Assembly (NCBI GenBank): GCA_030704615.1
Contig: CM060731.1
Coordinates: 20,460,001-20,524,000, forward strand
Length of the DNA: 64,000 nt
Direction: 5' to 3'
Source: Takakia lepidozioides
Lineage: Eukaryota; Plantae; Bryophyta
The notes under the pieces are model-generated. The model had not been told where the DNA came from. It saw only the letters and a list, made by a program, of their open reading frames with translations, and searched no databases. Made by a program: the position numbers and the translations under genes. This document shows, piece after piece, positions 1 to 10,779 of this stretch; the stretch's first letter is position 1; every line of letters starts with the position of its first letter.

Positions 1-524
1 ACACATCTCACAACTCAAGAGTGTCATGTTGGAGGAGGCAGGCTTCTCCCTTCAGCGAGAACCCTCTGTACATGCAGGTGCTTCTACTTCAACAAGTTCT
101 TGAGTTCCACCACCCAACGCTGATGCATGGCCAACAAAACGAAATGGGAAATTGGTTCGTCATTTCCCTCCGACTGCCGAACACTTCGGCAAGGTGGAAT
201 CCGCTCGAATGCTTCAAGGTCATGTTACAGGCACTACGGAAGTTCCACATCCCGGGTATGGACGAATCTACACTATGATGACATCCACATCCGCTATCCA
301 TGAGGTCGACAGTTTCAAATTTCCCCCACTGCACCTGTCTTGATTTTGTTGGCATGCTTACAACAAGTTTGGGAAAGACAGGAAAATTTATACCCTGCAA
401 GCATCTGTATTTTATCTTCTTGAACAAAATGGTTTGTGATCCCAGACGCGACATCTTCATTCACCAGGCCACCATGAGTTTCAACGAGGTGATTACACTT
501 ATGCAGCGAGATAGAAGCACATAA
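1..524 (+). mobile_element. Frameshifted SWIM zinc-finger coding fragment, probably transposon-derived (runs off the window start)
   Basis: ORF 300-524 has C-T-C...P-C-K-H (CxC-x(n)-CxH SWIM motif). The upstream peptide THLT..MLEEAGFSLQRE recurs on the minus strand at ~20490-20810, so this is a repeat family. Confidence 0.55.
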
Positions 525-2593
525 CATCCTCTTCACTTTGATCATCTGCAATTTCCATTACTGGATTCGCATGAATTGAAACTTGAACTTGATGTCCCTT
601 CGTATATTTGGTACCAGTGCAGCCTCCAATTATGTTGTGCAATGTGTGCCATTTCTTTCTTGTGAGTACTCGTTCGAAAATAGATGGAATGGATGCAAAT
701 GCTTCACAAGTTGTTCCTGCATTTTTATTTTTGGTGTTTTGGGTGAATGAATGCCATGGCTATAGGCCCCTCGGCTATAGGTGCTATATGTTTATGATGA
801 CATGGCATCTGGCAAGTTGTCCAAATGCCACGTCATTCTGTCGACTGCCACATCAGCAGGAAAACGACATGTCAGCAGGCCCTCGCCACGTCAGCCTCAC
901 GCTCACGCCACGTCAGCGTGACCCCACGCTCACCATTGCTTGAAATGTACGCTCTCACGCTCAAGCTCAAGCTCACGCGGAAGCGTCGTCCGCCTCTAGT
1001 GAATATCCACCAGAACTACTTCGTGCATTTTTGTCTTCTACTACCATCATCATTCAACCGTCTTCTTAAAGGTTGATACGGTGCTCGGGCCTCTATTAGA
1101 AGGAGGGAGGGTGCTCGTTCTTGACATTTCATCAAGCATAAACTACATTGACAGGCAGGACCAAAGAAGACGTTTGCAATTTGATTATAAATCTCCTCTA
1201 GCCATTCCACGTTACATTGTCTTTGTTTTGTGAGAGGACATTGTCAACTATTGCAATCATTTTGGATGGCTGAGAACATTGTCTCCCAACCCATGTCCAT
1301 CTACGCAGACAAAAAGAAGACATAGATGTTGCTGGTCCTCAATGTTAAATTTCAATGGCATGTTGAGCTAAAGGTCACCTCCAACGGGAGCTGAGTTGTT
1401 TAAAAAGAGGTTCCACTTGACGAAGGTAACAATTCAAGTTCCAGCAAGATCATTTGTTGTTCCTCGACCTAGATTGTTGGAGTTTCATGAGGCTTGTTTC
1501 AACTCATTTTCATGTTGCGATAATTTGATAATGTGTTAACAGAGGTACCGTCTTCAAGATGTTGTCCAGATTGCTTTGTTCTCACGGAGATTATGAAATA
1601 TTTTTGCTTTGTTTGGTCTGCTGAGCATTGCAAAGATACAACCGGTTATATAAAGCCTGGGATGAAATATCTTATTAAGGATATTGAGAACTCTTTTCTG
1701 GTCAAGTTTTCTGGGAAACCTTTCGCTAGGTAGAGGCAAATACTCATTATGGATTATGACCCATCCGGCTGCATAACAATGTGGCAATGGCTCAAAAGCG
1801 GTAGCAATAGAACTACGCAGACTGTCAGAAGAACAACTAAGGCTCTTCGAAACCCAGTGATTACTGTAATTCTTTTCATATTCACGCAATCAGATAATAA
1901 CGTGGATGATCTGGCTGACCTCACTATTAAAGCAGTGTGGCCTTTTATCTCGTGTATGGTTGGAGCTTCCTCCATTGTTGATTATGTCAGCAAGAACCAT
2001 GCCAAATCCTCTCGCTAGGCTATTGGTCATGATCTCACTTATTGGTATTAGTTTGGAAGATATCTTGATCCTTCTGTTTGACAGAAAGAGCCTGATTATT
2101 TAAGTATGTACTTCTAGAATGCCGAATCTACGCAATCATCATTTACAATGTCCGTATTTGAATGCATAGTCCACCATTTGTTTCTTGAACCTCGACTTAT
2201 AGTTTGACATATGTTTATTTGTTGTGAAGTTTAATTTTGTTTTCTAGATTTTTCCTAACATTAGGTGTATGAGCTGCTTTCCAATATTCAAGTGTTAGGC
2301 GAGGAATCAAATTTGACAGGAGAAAAAAGAGGTTCGAGATTAGAAGACTAAACAAGAAATATTTTGCAACAATCATTTACAAATAATAACCATATCATAC
2401 AAAACCATACATGGCACAATGGAACAATAGCCTTTGAAAGAAGGTCCAATACACGGAGAGAATGACGATTACCATTGAACACGTTTTATTTCAGGTGACG
2501 ATGTAAATAAGTCTCACCATCAAGCAATACAAAGTAACCTCAATTAGCCATCCGACGGCTATAACATCTAGAACATGAAGCCATGTTAGAGTG

Positions 2594-2942
2594 TGTCAAG
2601 TTAAATAAGCACAGTGTGAAAACAGCTAGAATAAAACTAGTTATTTGTATTTAACACTTGGATTTAGGTCAAGTGTTAAATCAGGTGTCAAGTTTAGTTT
2701 GACACCTGGTCCGTCTTATCTTCACGAGAGCGGCAGTCGCGCGGCTCATCTTTCTCGAATTGAGCCTGCGCGACCGAGCTCCTGCATGCGTTTAGATCTG
2801 AGTGTACTCATGATGGGAGTGTAGGTTGTTGTGGGGTGAAGTCCCCATAGCTTGGGGTGCCCCTGGCTCGACTACTATTTCTAAGAGTGATGGTTTGGTT
2901 TTCATGTTTTGTGTAAACAGTGTGTTCGTTGGTTTTCTATCA
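2594..2942 (+). repeat. 5' LTR segment B (349 bp; lacks the first 87 bp of the full LTR)
   Basis: Matches 14180-14528 with 3 G/A differences counted by eye; ends TTCTATCA. Confidence 0.95.
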
Positions 2943-2958
2943 CTCGAGAAAGATGAGC
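2943..2958 (+). promoter_or_regulatory. Self-priming-type primer binding site
   Basis: CTCGAGAAAGATGAGC directly after the LTR is the reverse complement of GCTCATCTTTCTCGAG in the LTR (14330-14345 perfect; 2744-2759 one mismatch). No TGG-initiated tRNA-type PBS is present. Confidence 0.8.
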
Positions 2959-4454
2959 TCTTACCTGTGAGTGCAAGGTAGGAGTTGAGGGTTAGCACTT
3001 GCAAGATTACCTGTGTGTAAGTAGTGCTTAGTTTGAGAAGCATATCATTGAATGTGACCACAAGATTCAGCGTGCCCTGAAACGCCTGGAGGATGACGAT
3101 GCCGGAGCCACCACTGTTATTACAGTCGCTGAAGCTACCAAGTCACCAGAGGCTTTGGAGTACACAAGGAGAGACTTAAAAATGCAGCATGGAGCAGCAC
3201 TGGCAAGCTGTGAACGCTGATATCTGCACTACCACAACGTCCCTAGGATGAATACAAAGTGCCTGGAGTGAAATGGATAGCTGGAGAGCTGCTCAGGCCC
3301 ATACATTTTGGGAGTTAAAAGTCACATCTGTATGTTGAAGGCCCAATTCGCCAATGTGCGGAAGAGTGTGGGCATCCGAGTTTTCTAGGAAAGGGGGCCA
3401 GTGCTTGGGAAAAGCTGTCTACAAGTTTTGGAGCAGGTGACGGCCAGGCCTGCGGTACTTTGAAGACGATGATGTAGAGCTTGAAGAGGGTCTGGTTTCG
3501 TTGCTGGGGAAGTAGGTGGTACGGGCATGGAATCTGGAGGACCCCGGCTTGTACGTGGAGAGTTTCGATGTGCTCTTCCCGATCTTGCTTTCAGATGCCT
3601 TAGTTGGGTTGTGTGTTTGTTGAAAGGCCAGCTTCCAGTATAAAGATGCGGGTGTGGACTCTTCAAAGTAGTGGAGAGAAATGCGGGGTGCAGAGGTGCA
3701 AAGGGTGATCAAACTGAATGGAGAGGAGGTGTTAGTTATGGCCATGGCTCACTAGCTTAGTACATTGAAAGGACGCCGAAGCGAGGAGGGAAGGGGGAGG
3801 AAAAGGCAGGAAAATGTCCTCACCAGGTTGTTCGTCATTGACTTGCACGCCACCTCCCCAGCTAACTTGCACAGTGGCAACGTTCAGGCCATGGAAGTTG
3901 TCGAGCTCACTCAGCGGGTGACATCACTTGAGAAGCGTTAAGCTCGGTACCGGCAAGTCTTGCAGCCAAGATCTCGAATTGAATCGTCAGGCTGGAGATT
4001 ATGTGCGGTGAAAGTGGCAGAGAAGGTGGCCCGTCTAGAAATCTATGGCGCGCGACGTGCTGCCCTTTCTATTCCGAGTTGCTACTGTTACCAACCTTCC
4101 CGCCCCTTTATACATGCAGCGTGCACTCTACCTAGTTCCACCGATATTCAGTCAAGAAGTTTTGGAGTGAAGGTTCTAGGTTTCCTGGCTTCTATTATCT
4201 AACAGGCTTTTGGAGAGCTGAGCAGAGCCGGGTGGTAAGATCACTCCGTTTCGGATCATCCTGGCAAGACGTAGAGTTTGCAGTCACAAACACAAGAGAG
4301 ACAGAAATGCTCGAGTTGTCAGCGATTTCGTCCCTGAAGCCGAATTCGTGAAGCTTCTTCCGAGCTCTCTCGCTTCCATCATTGCAACAGCAAACCACAT
4401 AGTTTCGACTGGGTCACATTCTGGAGAAACGACTCCTTGATCAGTCCAGATCCT

Positions 4455-4728
<274 letters not shown>

Positions 4729-5223
4729 TGAGACAGCCGCCATAGCCCCTAAAGCCCATCCTTCAGCTCTGTACGCCCGCAATCAGTACGTCCGCTCTTG
4801 CCGCCCTCTCCAACGCTGATAAGCATATGCAAATTCCACCCCTGCAGGGAGAAAGCATGACCCAGGTGGAAAAGCATGTAAGGATAGGGGAAGTTTCCAA
4901 AGAGCTTCTCACCTTCATTTGAATTTTTAAATTTGAAAAGAAAAAGAAAAAAAAAAGAAAAAAAAACCCTTTTGATCTAAGTTAAAGGATTTAGAGCCTA
5001 ATTGGTCATATCTTTGGCAAATGAACTCCGTTTGACACAGTTTTTGAGGGGATAGCTGCAGAAAGGGGAAATCTACCTATCTAGATCTGGTTTTTGTTTT
5101 TGGGACTCTGCTAAAAATCTATGGAATTTTTAGAGTGTGAGTGTGCCATGAAAGATCCACAATCCTGTTTCTAGAACCTGTTCTGGTCTATATGAGAGAG
5201 AAATTGGTGGATGTACTCCTTGC

Positions 5224-5973
5224 ATGGCTGGGGGAAATGAGGACGTAATTGAAGGGCATGTCTCTTCTCTTAGTCTGTGCACACAAGGGGACAGGATTTA
5301 TGTTTCCCAAGGAACTCAGACTGATTTGAGTGGAGAACAGTTGGACGAGTTGATTGCATACTGGGAGTCAGGCATTAGCAGTAGACAACAGACTGCCGTA
5401 GTTGGCATTGAGGGCCTCAATATCGCCTTGGACAGTCAGAACTCTGTTGGAGCCAGCAGTTCTGCAGCTGTAGGTGAAATACCAAAGTGGTTGAAAGCTA
5501 GGCTTGGAACACAGCCAAAGACAGCCCCGGGGACCAAGGTGTTCAGCCACAAGGCCGTGGTGTACTGGAGTAGAGGAGCAGGAGCTACACAAGTTTGTGC
5601 AATCAGACAGCGTTGCAGCCGAACACGCTCTGCACAAGGCAACCACGAGCGGGGGTTCATTACCGAGGACAAGTTTGTTCTGTCTAAAGGGGATGCAATC
5701 ATTCGCAATGAGGACACCCGCAACCATCTCAAAGCTTTCGAGTTGAGAGACTATCAGACCCTACCTTTGTTTTTTTTAGTGTTCAGTGAGCGGGAGATAG
5801 GGGAGTATTGCTTTGTCTCTACCTGGCAGAAAGAGGAGGAGGGTTGGTTAGAGCGAGCTACTGTAGCTGGGGACAAGATTAGTGGCAGGTTTCTGGACAT
5901 AGATATACCTCCTACACCTTACCATCATGCAGAGCGAGGCACTTTGAGAGAAGTCTGGCAGTTGATAGCATAG
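5224..5973 (+). CDS. Extra ORF (249 aa) of unknown function in the retrotransposon, upstream of gag
   Basis: Intact ATG-to-stop ORF in the element's sense orientation; no family securely recognised. Confidence 0.55.
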   Translation: MAGGNEDVIEGHVSSLSLCTQGDRIYVSQGTQTDLSGEQLDELIAYWESGISSRQQTAVVGIEGLNIALDSQNSVGASSSAAVGEIPKWLKARLGTQPKTAPGTKVFSHKAVVYWSRGAGATQVCAIRQRCSRTRSAQGNHERGFITEDKFVLSKGDAIIRNEDTRNHLKAFELRDYQTLPLFFLVFSEREIGEYCFVSTWQKEEEGWLERATVAGDKISGRFLDIDIPPTPYHHAERGTLREVWQLIA

Positions 5974-6492
5974 ATCAGGATTAGATCTTGCTTGGTCGGG
6001 CTTCTATTCTTCCCCTCCATCTCTGTACTATTTTCATTACCTTGTACTTGTAGTTGCCAAAGCCTCTCTTGGTGGAGGCCAGTCAGTCCGGGGTTTTGGG
6101 CTGGGATATTCTGCAGGATTAGCATTGCAGCTGGATTTGGTGTGGGGGTGTTGATGTTTTGATTTCTTGTGTTTGGATCCCCCCCAACACCTGCATGCTT
6201 GACTGTGCGCCATGTTGGTTTTGTGTGGGCGCTTGCTTTCATAGGGATTAGGCCGGATTTGATCACCGGTCAATCCTAGAGTATGCTGTCAGTGGTGAGG
6301 CTGGAGTGATGACCAGCAAGACCACCAGTGTTTCTTCTATGGTGAGGCTGGGTTGATGACCAGCCAACCATATGAGTTCTTGCGATGGATGCAGGTGCAG
6401 GTGCCCTGAGTCATTGGGATATGACCCTTAAAACTGCAACAGGTGCCCACCCGTGTCACTATTAGATTAGTACTAGAGCCTTATAGTGTCAC

Positions 6493-8041
6493 GTGGAGGA
6501 GGTGCACATTGTGAGTGTCATTACGGAGTTACCCAAGGGTGTTGAGGGGAGTACGGCTACAGGCAGTAACAGTGAGAGTGGGTTCACAAGACGAGGTATT
6601 CGGTTCAGACCACCTTCACCGCCACCCTCAATTACTGTAGAGTCAGACACAGACTCGGAGGCTTCATCAACAGGTGTGCACTTTCATTCGCCATTGTTGT
6701 GGGACGACATGGAGGAGATGTATGGAGCTACCAAGGGGCCTCGTAGGTACTCTGGAGCTGTGGGCACAATCGAGTTGGATGACTTTATCCAGGAGTTCGA
6801 CAGCTGGTGTGATTTGCAGCAGATGCGCAATCCACAGCTATTCACCCCATTCATGGCATGGAAGGGACTGTTCCAGCATTTGGAAGGCCGCCTATGGACG
6901 ATTACCACGAGTTCAGGCGAGGACATGAAGCAGAGATTGAGGAGTGGAGGATGTATTGGTCACCTGACTACGTCTCCATTACTCGAGGCATGACGCGACC
7001 AGTAGCTGCATCCGTACCAATAGCTCCCACTGCCAGCACTAGTAGTGGAGCAGGTAGTGCTGGTACTTCTGCAGGTGGTACCAGTTCAAAAGGTGCTACT
7101 ACTCCTCCTGCCACAACTACAACACATGTGCCTAGATTCAACCCGGTGGTGGAGTTCTTCCAGGAGTTGCGGAGGAACTACCAAGGTGTACGGACAGAGA
7201 AGCTGCGAAGTTTGCAAAACTTCCAGCGCAAACCCAGTGAGAGCCTGCGAGAGGCGTACACTCGTATGAGGCGCTTGATACGTGTGACCCGAGGGGTTAC
7301 TGAAGCTCAGACAATCCAGTTTTGGTATGGAATTCTGGACAAGGAGCTCAAGAGAAGGGTGCAAGATGCAACCCTGTTACAAGCAGCCCAACCCACATTA
7401 GCAGATGTGTTTCTGCTGGCTGAGCGGATTGAGCTCAACATGGTGGAGGACGAGTTGTTACAATTGGATTTGGCAAAGACATGCCTGTACGGGGCACAAC
7501 TGTCAGCCCACAGGCACAAGGGACTGCCCAACAGCGTGGTCAGGGGGGCAAGGTTGCCCAGCCCAAGTTCCATGGAGCTTACAGGGGACCTCAGGTGCAG
7601 AGGCCCGTGGCATCTTTTGCAGGCCAACAGCAACCAGGGGTGATATGTTGGACATGTGGAGGACCCCATGTCAAAAGAGATTGCCCAGAGAATGGCAGAA
7701 GGCCGGCACAAGCACAGCCTGCACAGTTGCAGTGTGGGCATTGTGGCAAGTATGGGCATGTAGATGCCCAGTGTTATGACTTGCATCCTGAGTTGCGCCC
7801 AGGCCAGTTCCAAGGGAACAATGGTGGCCGGGGGCGAGGTGGACCAGCCCAAAGAGGACGAGGTGGTCGGGCACGAGGTGCAGGCCAAGGGCAAGCTCCA
7901 CATGGCCAAGGACGCGGAGGTCAGGGTGTTGACCAAGGCATGGCCCAATCGGCTTCAGCAGCTAGAGCAGAGGCTCGCTGCCATGGCTATAGTTCAGGCG
8001 GTACCGGCTCCCAGGCGGGATGGTCCACCTCCTGCTCCTGA
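6493..8041 (+). pseudogene. gag: Gag (frameshifted) with two CCHC zinc knuckles and an RGG-rich tail
   Basis: Capsid-like segments across ORFs 6493-6993 and 6858-7643 (LRSLQNFQRKPSESLREAYTRMRRL). CWTCGGPHVKRDC and CGHCGKYGHVDAQC lie in ORF 7481-8041. Confidence 0.85.
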
Positions 8042-8689
8042 GGGAGGAGATATGGGAGGCATGGGATTCATGTGCGGAGCAGCACTACCACTAGAGCAGG
8101 TGGAGTCTGCTGCAGCCGTGACTCGAGGAGCAGCACGAGTTCCTGAGCCACGAGGTGCAGAGGTGGAGTTGGATTCACAACGTGGGGAGGCAAGCCGTCA
8201 GGCGAGGCTGCCTCAGTCATTCACCTTGGCGGAGACAGTATCAACGCCATCCATGGCACCTAGTTCTCGCCCGACTGTTACGAGGCGGAGGTTACTATGC
8301 CATTGGGGAGAGCTACACGTGCAGCACTGACACCTGCTACCAAGGCTAGTGCAGCCGGGTGTGTTATTGGGGCAGCCACCTCTGTGTGTCAAGCCCCACT
8401 GTTCTCGGCAACCATGATTGCGACGCCGGGGGTGAGACCAGCTGCAGTGTTCAGACTAGCAGCAACTCTCTATGAGAGTGGGGAGGTCACTTCATCTTCT
8501 GCGGAGTTAGTGGAAGGTGCAGTGTTCGACTAGCAGCAACCTAATGAGAGTGGAGGGTCACTTCATCTTCTGCGGAGTTAGTGAAGGTGTAGTGCAGAGG
8601 GATCCTCGGATTTGAGGGTCAAGACTTGCCACGGCTGCGCCATGGCAAGTTGCAGCTGCCAGGTTAGACAACCAGGGGGGGGTGGGGAG

Positions 8690-9120
8690 GACCAGTTTTC
8701 CTTTGAGTGGACCGCAGGCAAGAAGTACCGGCCACTTGCGGGTCTTGTTGACTCAGTAGTTCAGCCACTGATGTTGGGGCAGACTTCTATTTATTGCAGG
8801 TTTGGGGCCTCATGGAGCGGATTGGAGCCTTGTCCTTTCCAGATACAGACATCTCTGGGAGGATCAGAGCAGCTACGCCGGCATGACACGGCCCAGTTTG
8901 GCTATTATACTGGCAGCCGGATCATCCTGTAGATGGCTCAGTGATGCGAGCCAAGGCATGTGACAGACGCGGTCTCTTACGATGTCCTTGTTGGTGGGAG
9001 CAGTGTTATACCCCTGGGCTTCACCCTGGATTTCTGGGAGGAGTCAGCATCCTACAGCCTGGGATGGCAGTCCGGTTATGGTCGCCGTGCACAGCTCCCT
9101 GTGACATTCATTGGGGGGGT
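8690..9120 (+). pseudogene. Retropepsin-like aspartic protease domain (degenerate)
   Basis: LVDSVVQPLMLG at ~8744-8779 (DSG-like site altered) and a downstream YDVLVG motif; it lies where protease is expected, after gag. Confidence 0.65.
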
Positions 9121-9459
9121 ATTGCGCTTCCTCAATCGTGGCAAGATGGCCGAACACTACCGCCTTCACAGCTGCAGTTATTTGGCCCTGGAGAGTTGCT
9201 TGGAAGGCAATGCCCATGCAGAGGATGTGCCACCTCCAGCAGAGCAGGATGACATGCATGGTACGGCGAGTGCCCTGCCATTTGCTCACACTCCCGTTGT
9301 GGGGTACGAGCAAAGGATTTGCAGCAGCTGCTGAGGACGGGTGCAACAAGCTTGGGTAGAAGCTTTTGTATCGTCAGGAGAGGAGGAGAGTTCGGTGATT
9401 GCACCAGTGCCACCTCAGTTGTCGCCATTGGACACCACACCTCTTGTGTGGCAACGGGC

Positions 9460-10410
9460 CGGATGAAGGCATTTGCCTTCTGGACTGTTTGGCGGGATCA
9501 GCACGGATTGGCTGCTGTGCTACAGGCAGGTGTGCGGGTAGGCGTTACCTGTATGTGGAGAGGGATGAGACTGCACGACGCGTCTCACTGCGCCATGTGG
9601 CTCAGTTGGTACAGCAGTACCCTGACTTGTTGCCTGTGTCTGCAGTTCGTGGATACCAACAAGCCTTGCCAGCAGACATTTCTTGTGGGGGCGCAAGATT
9701 TGGAGCAGGTTGGCTCCATTGATCTGGTAGTGGCAGGTTTGGCCCTGCCAAGGGCATTCATCAGCCGGGCATGGCAATGGATTGCGAGACTCGAGGACGG
9801 GTCTGTTTTGGAGATGGTGCGGATTTTGCGCTGCTTGCAGCTTCATCAAGCTGTATCTCCAGCATACATCTTGGAGAATGTGCCACTGATGGGTGATTCT
9901 CGGGCCAGGGTGATGGCCAGTGTGCATCAAGTCCGGTCGTGGCTTGGGTCAGCAGTGTTGCTGGATGCAGCTGCAGTGGGGTCACGGGCTCATCGTCCAC
10001 GACTATGGTGGACTAACTTGATGCCACCCGCACTGCTCAAGCGTGCATTTGATGGGGTGCAGCGGCCAGCACACCTCACCGTGGATGGCATTTTGGACAC
10101 AGGAAGGCAGTCTCAACGTGTGAGACACGATGACCGTTCGCCTTTGGCAGTGGTCAACAGGGTGGGTCAACCACGAGCAGCATTACCTACACTGCTCAGC
10201 TTCCCAGGATCCCATGCTTTTCGGGATGGTGGACCTGGCCTCCTGTGGGATGCTCAGTTGCAGCAGTTAGTGGAGCCTAATGCCGACGAGCGAGAGCGGG
10301 CTATGGGGTTTTCCACTGGGACCACGGCGGTGCCTTCTCTTTCTGAGGCATCACGTCGTCAGGTGTTGGGGCAAGCAATGGATCTCAATTGCTTGACCTG
10401 GATTGTCAGC
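9460..10410 (+). pseudogene. C5-cytosine DNA methyltransferase domain, DNMT3-like, embedded in pol (frameshifted in this copy)
   Basis: Motifs across frames: I (LFGGIST), II (YLYVERD), IV (DLVVAG-W-PCQG, with WPCQG at 9740-9754), VI (YILENV), VIII (AHRPRLWWTNL), IX (ERERAMGFSTGTT), X (RRQVLGQAMD). Confidence 0.9.
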
Positions 10411-10779
10411 TTGGCTATGGCTGAGCAACGTAGAGTGCGGAGTGCACTTCCCTTGACGGTCTCTCTGCCTACCGAGACGGTACAGGCAGCGAGTGTGGGG
10501 CGAGCCGTGAGGACCACGAGGTGTAGACATCCATGGCACACGTGGGAGGTGCTCGAGGTTCAGAGGGAGTTGGCAGCGAAGGCAGCTGTGATGGATGAGG
10601 TTGGGGATTCTTCTCGGGATGAGGAGGTTCTCAATGATGAGATGATGGGGCAGGATGAGGCCTTGTCATTGACTGAGCAGGAAGGGGGTACTGCTCAAGA
10701 GGTTGCAGCATAGCAACCACGGGACGCGTCCTCTACCTCTAAGCCCACTGGACTTAAGGTTGCAGTTACGGAGGACAAT

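Noticed and set aside
2594-2942. All three LTR differences are G/A transitions, as a possible signature of the element's own DNMT
   Set aside because: Three events are too few, and host methylation explains them equally well.
3628-3662. Peptide ASFQYKDAGVD resembling the PurM N-terminus
   Set aside because: Too short and flanked by stops; may be chance.
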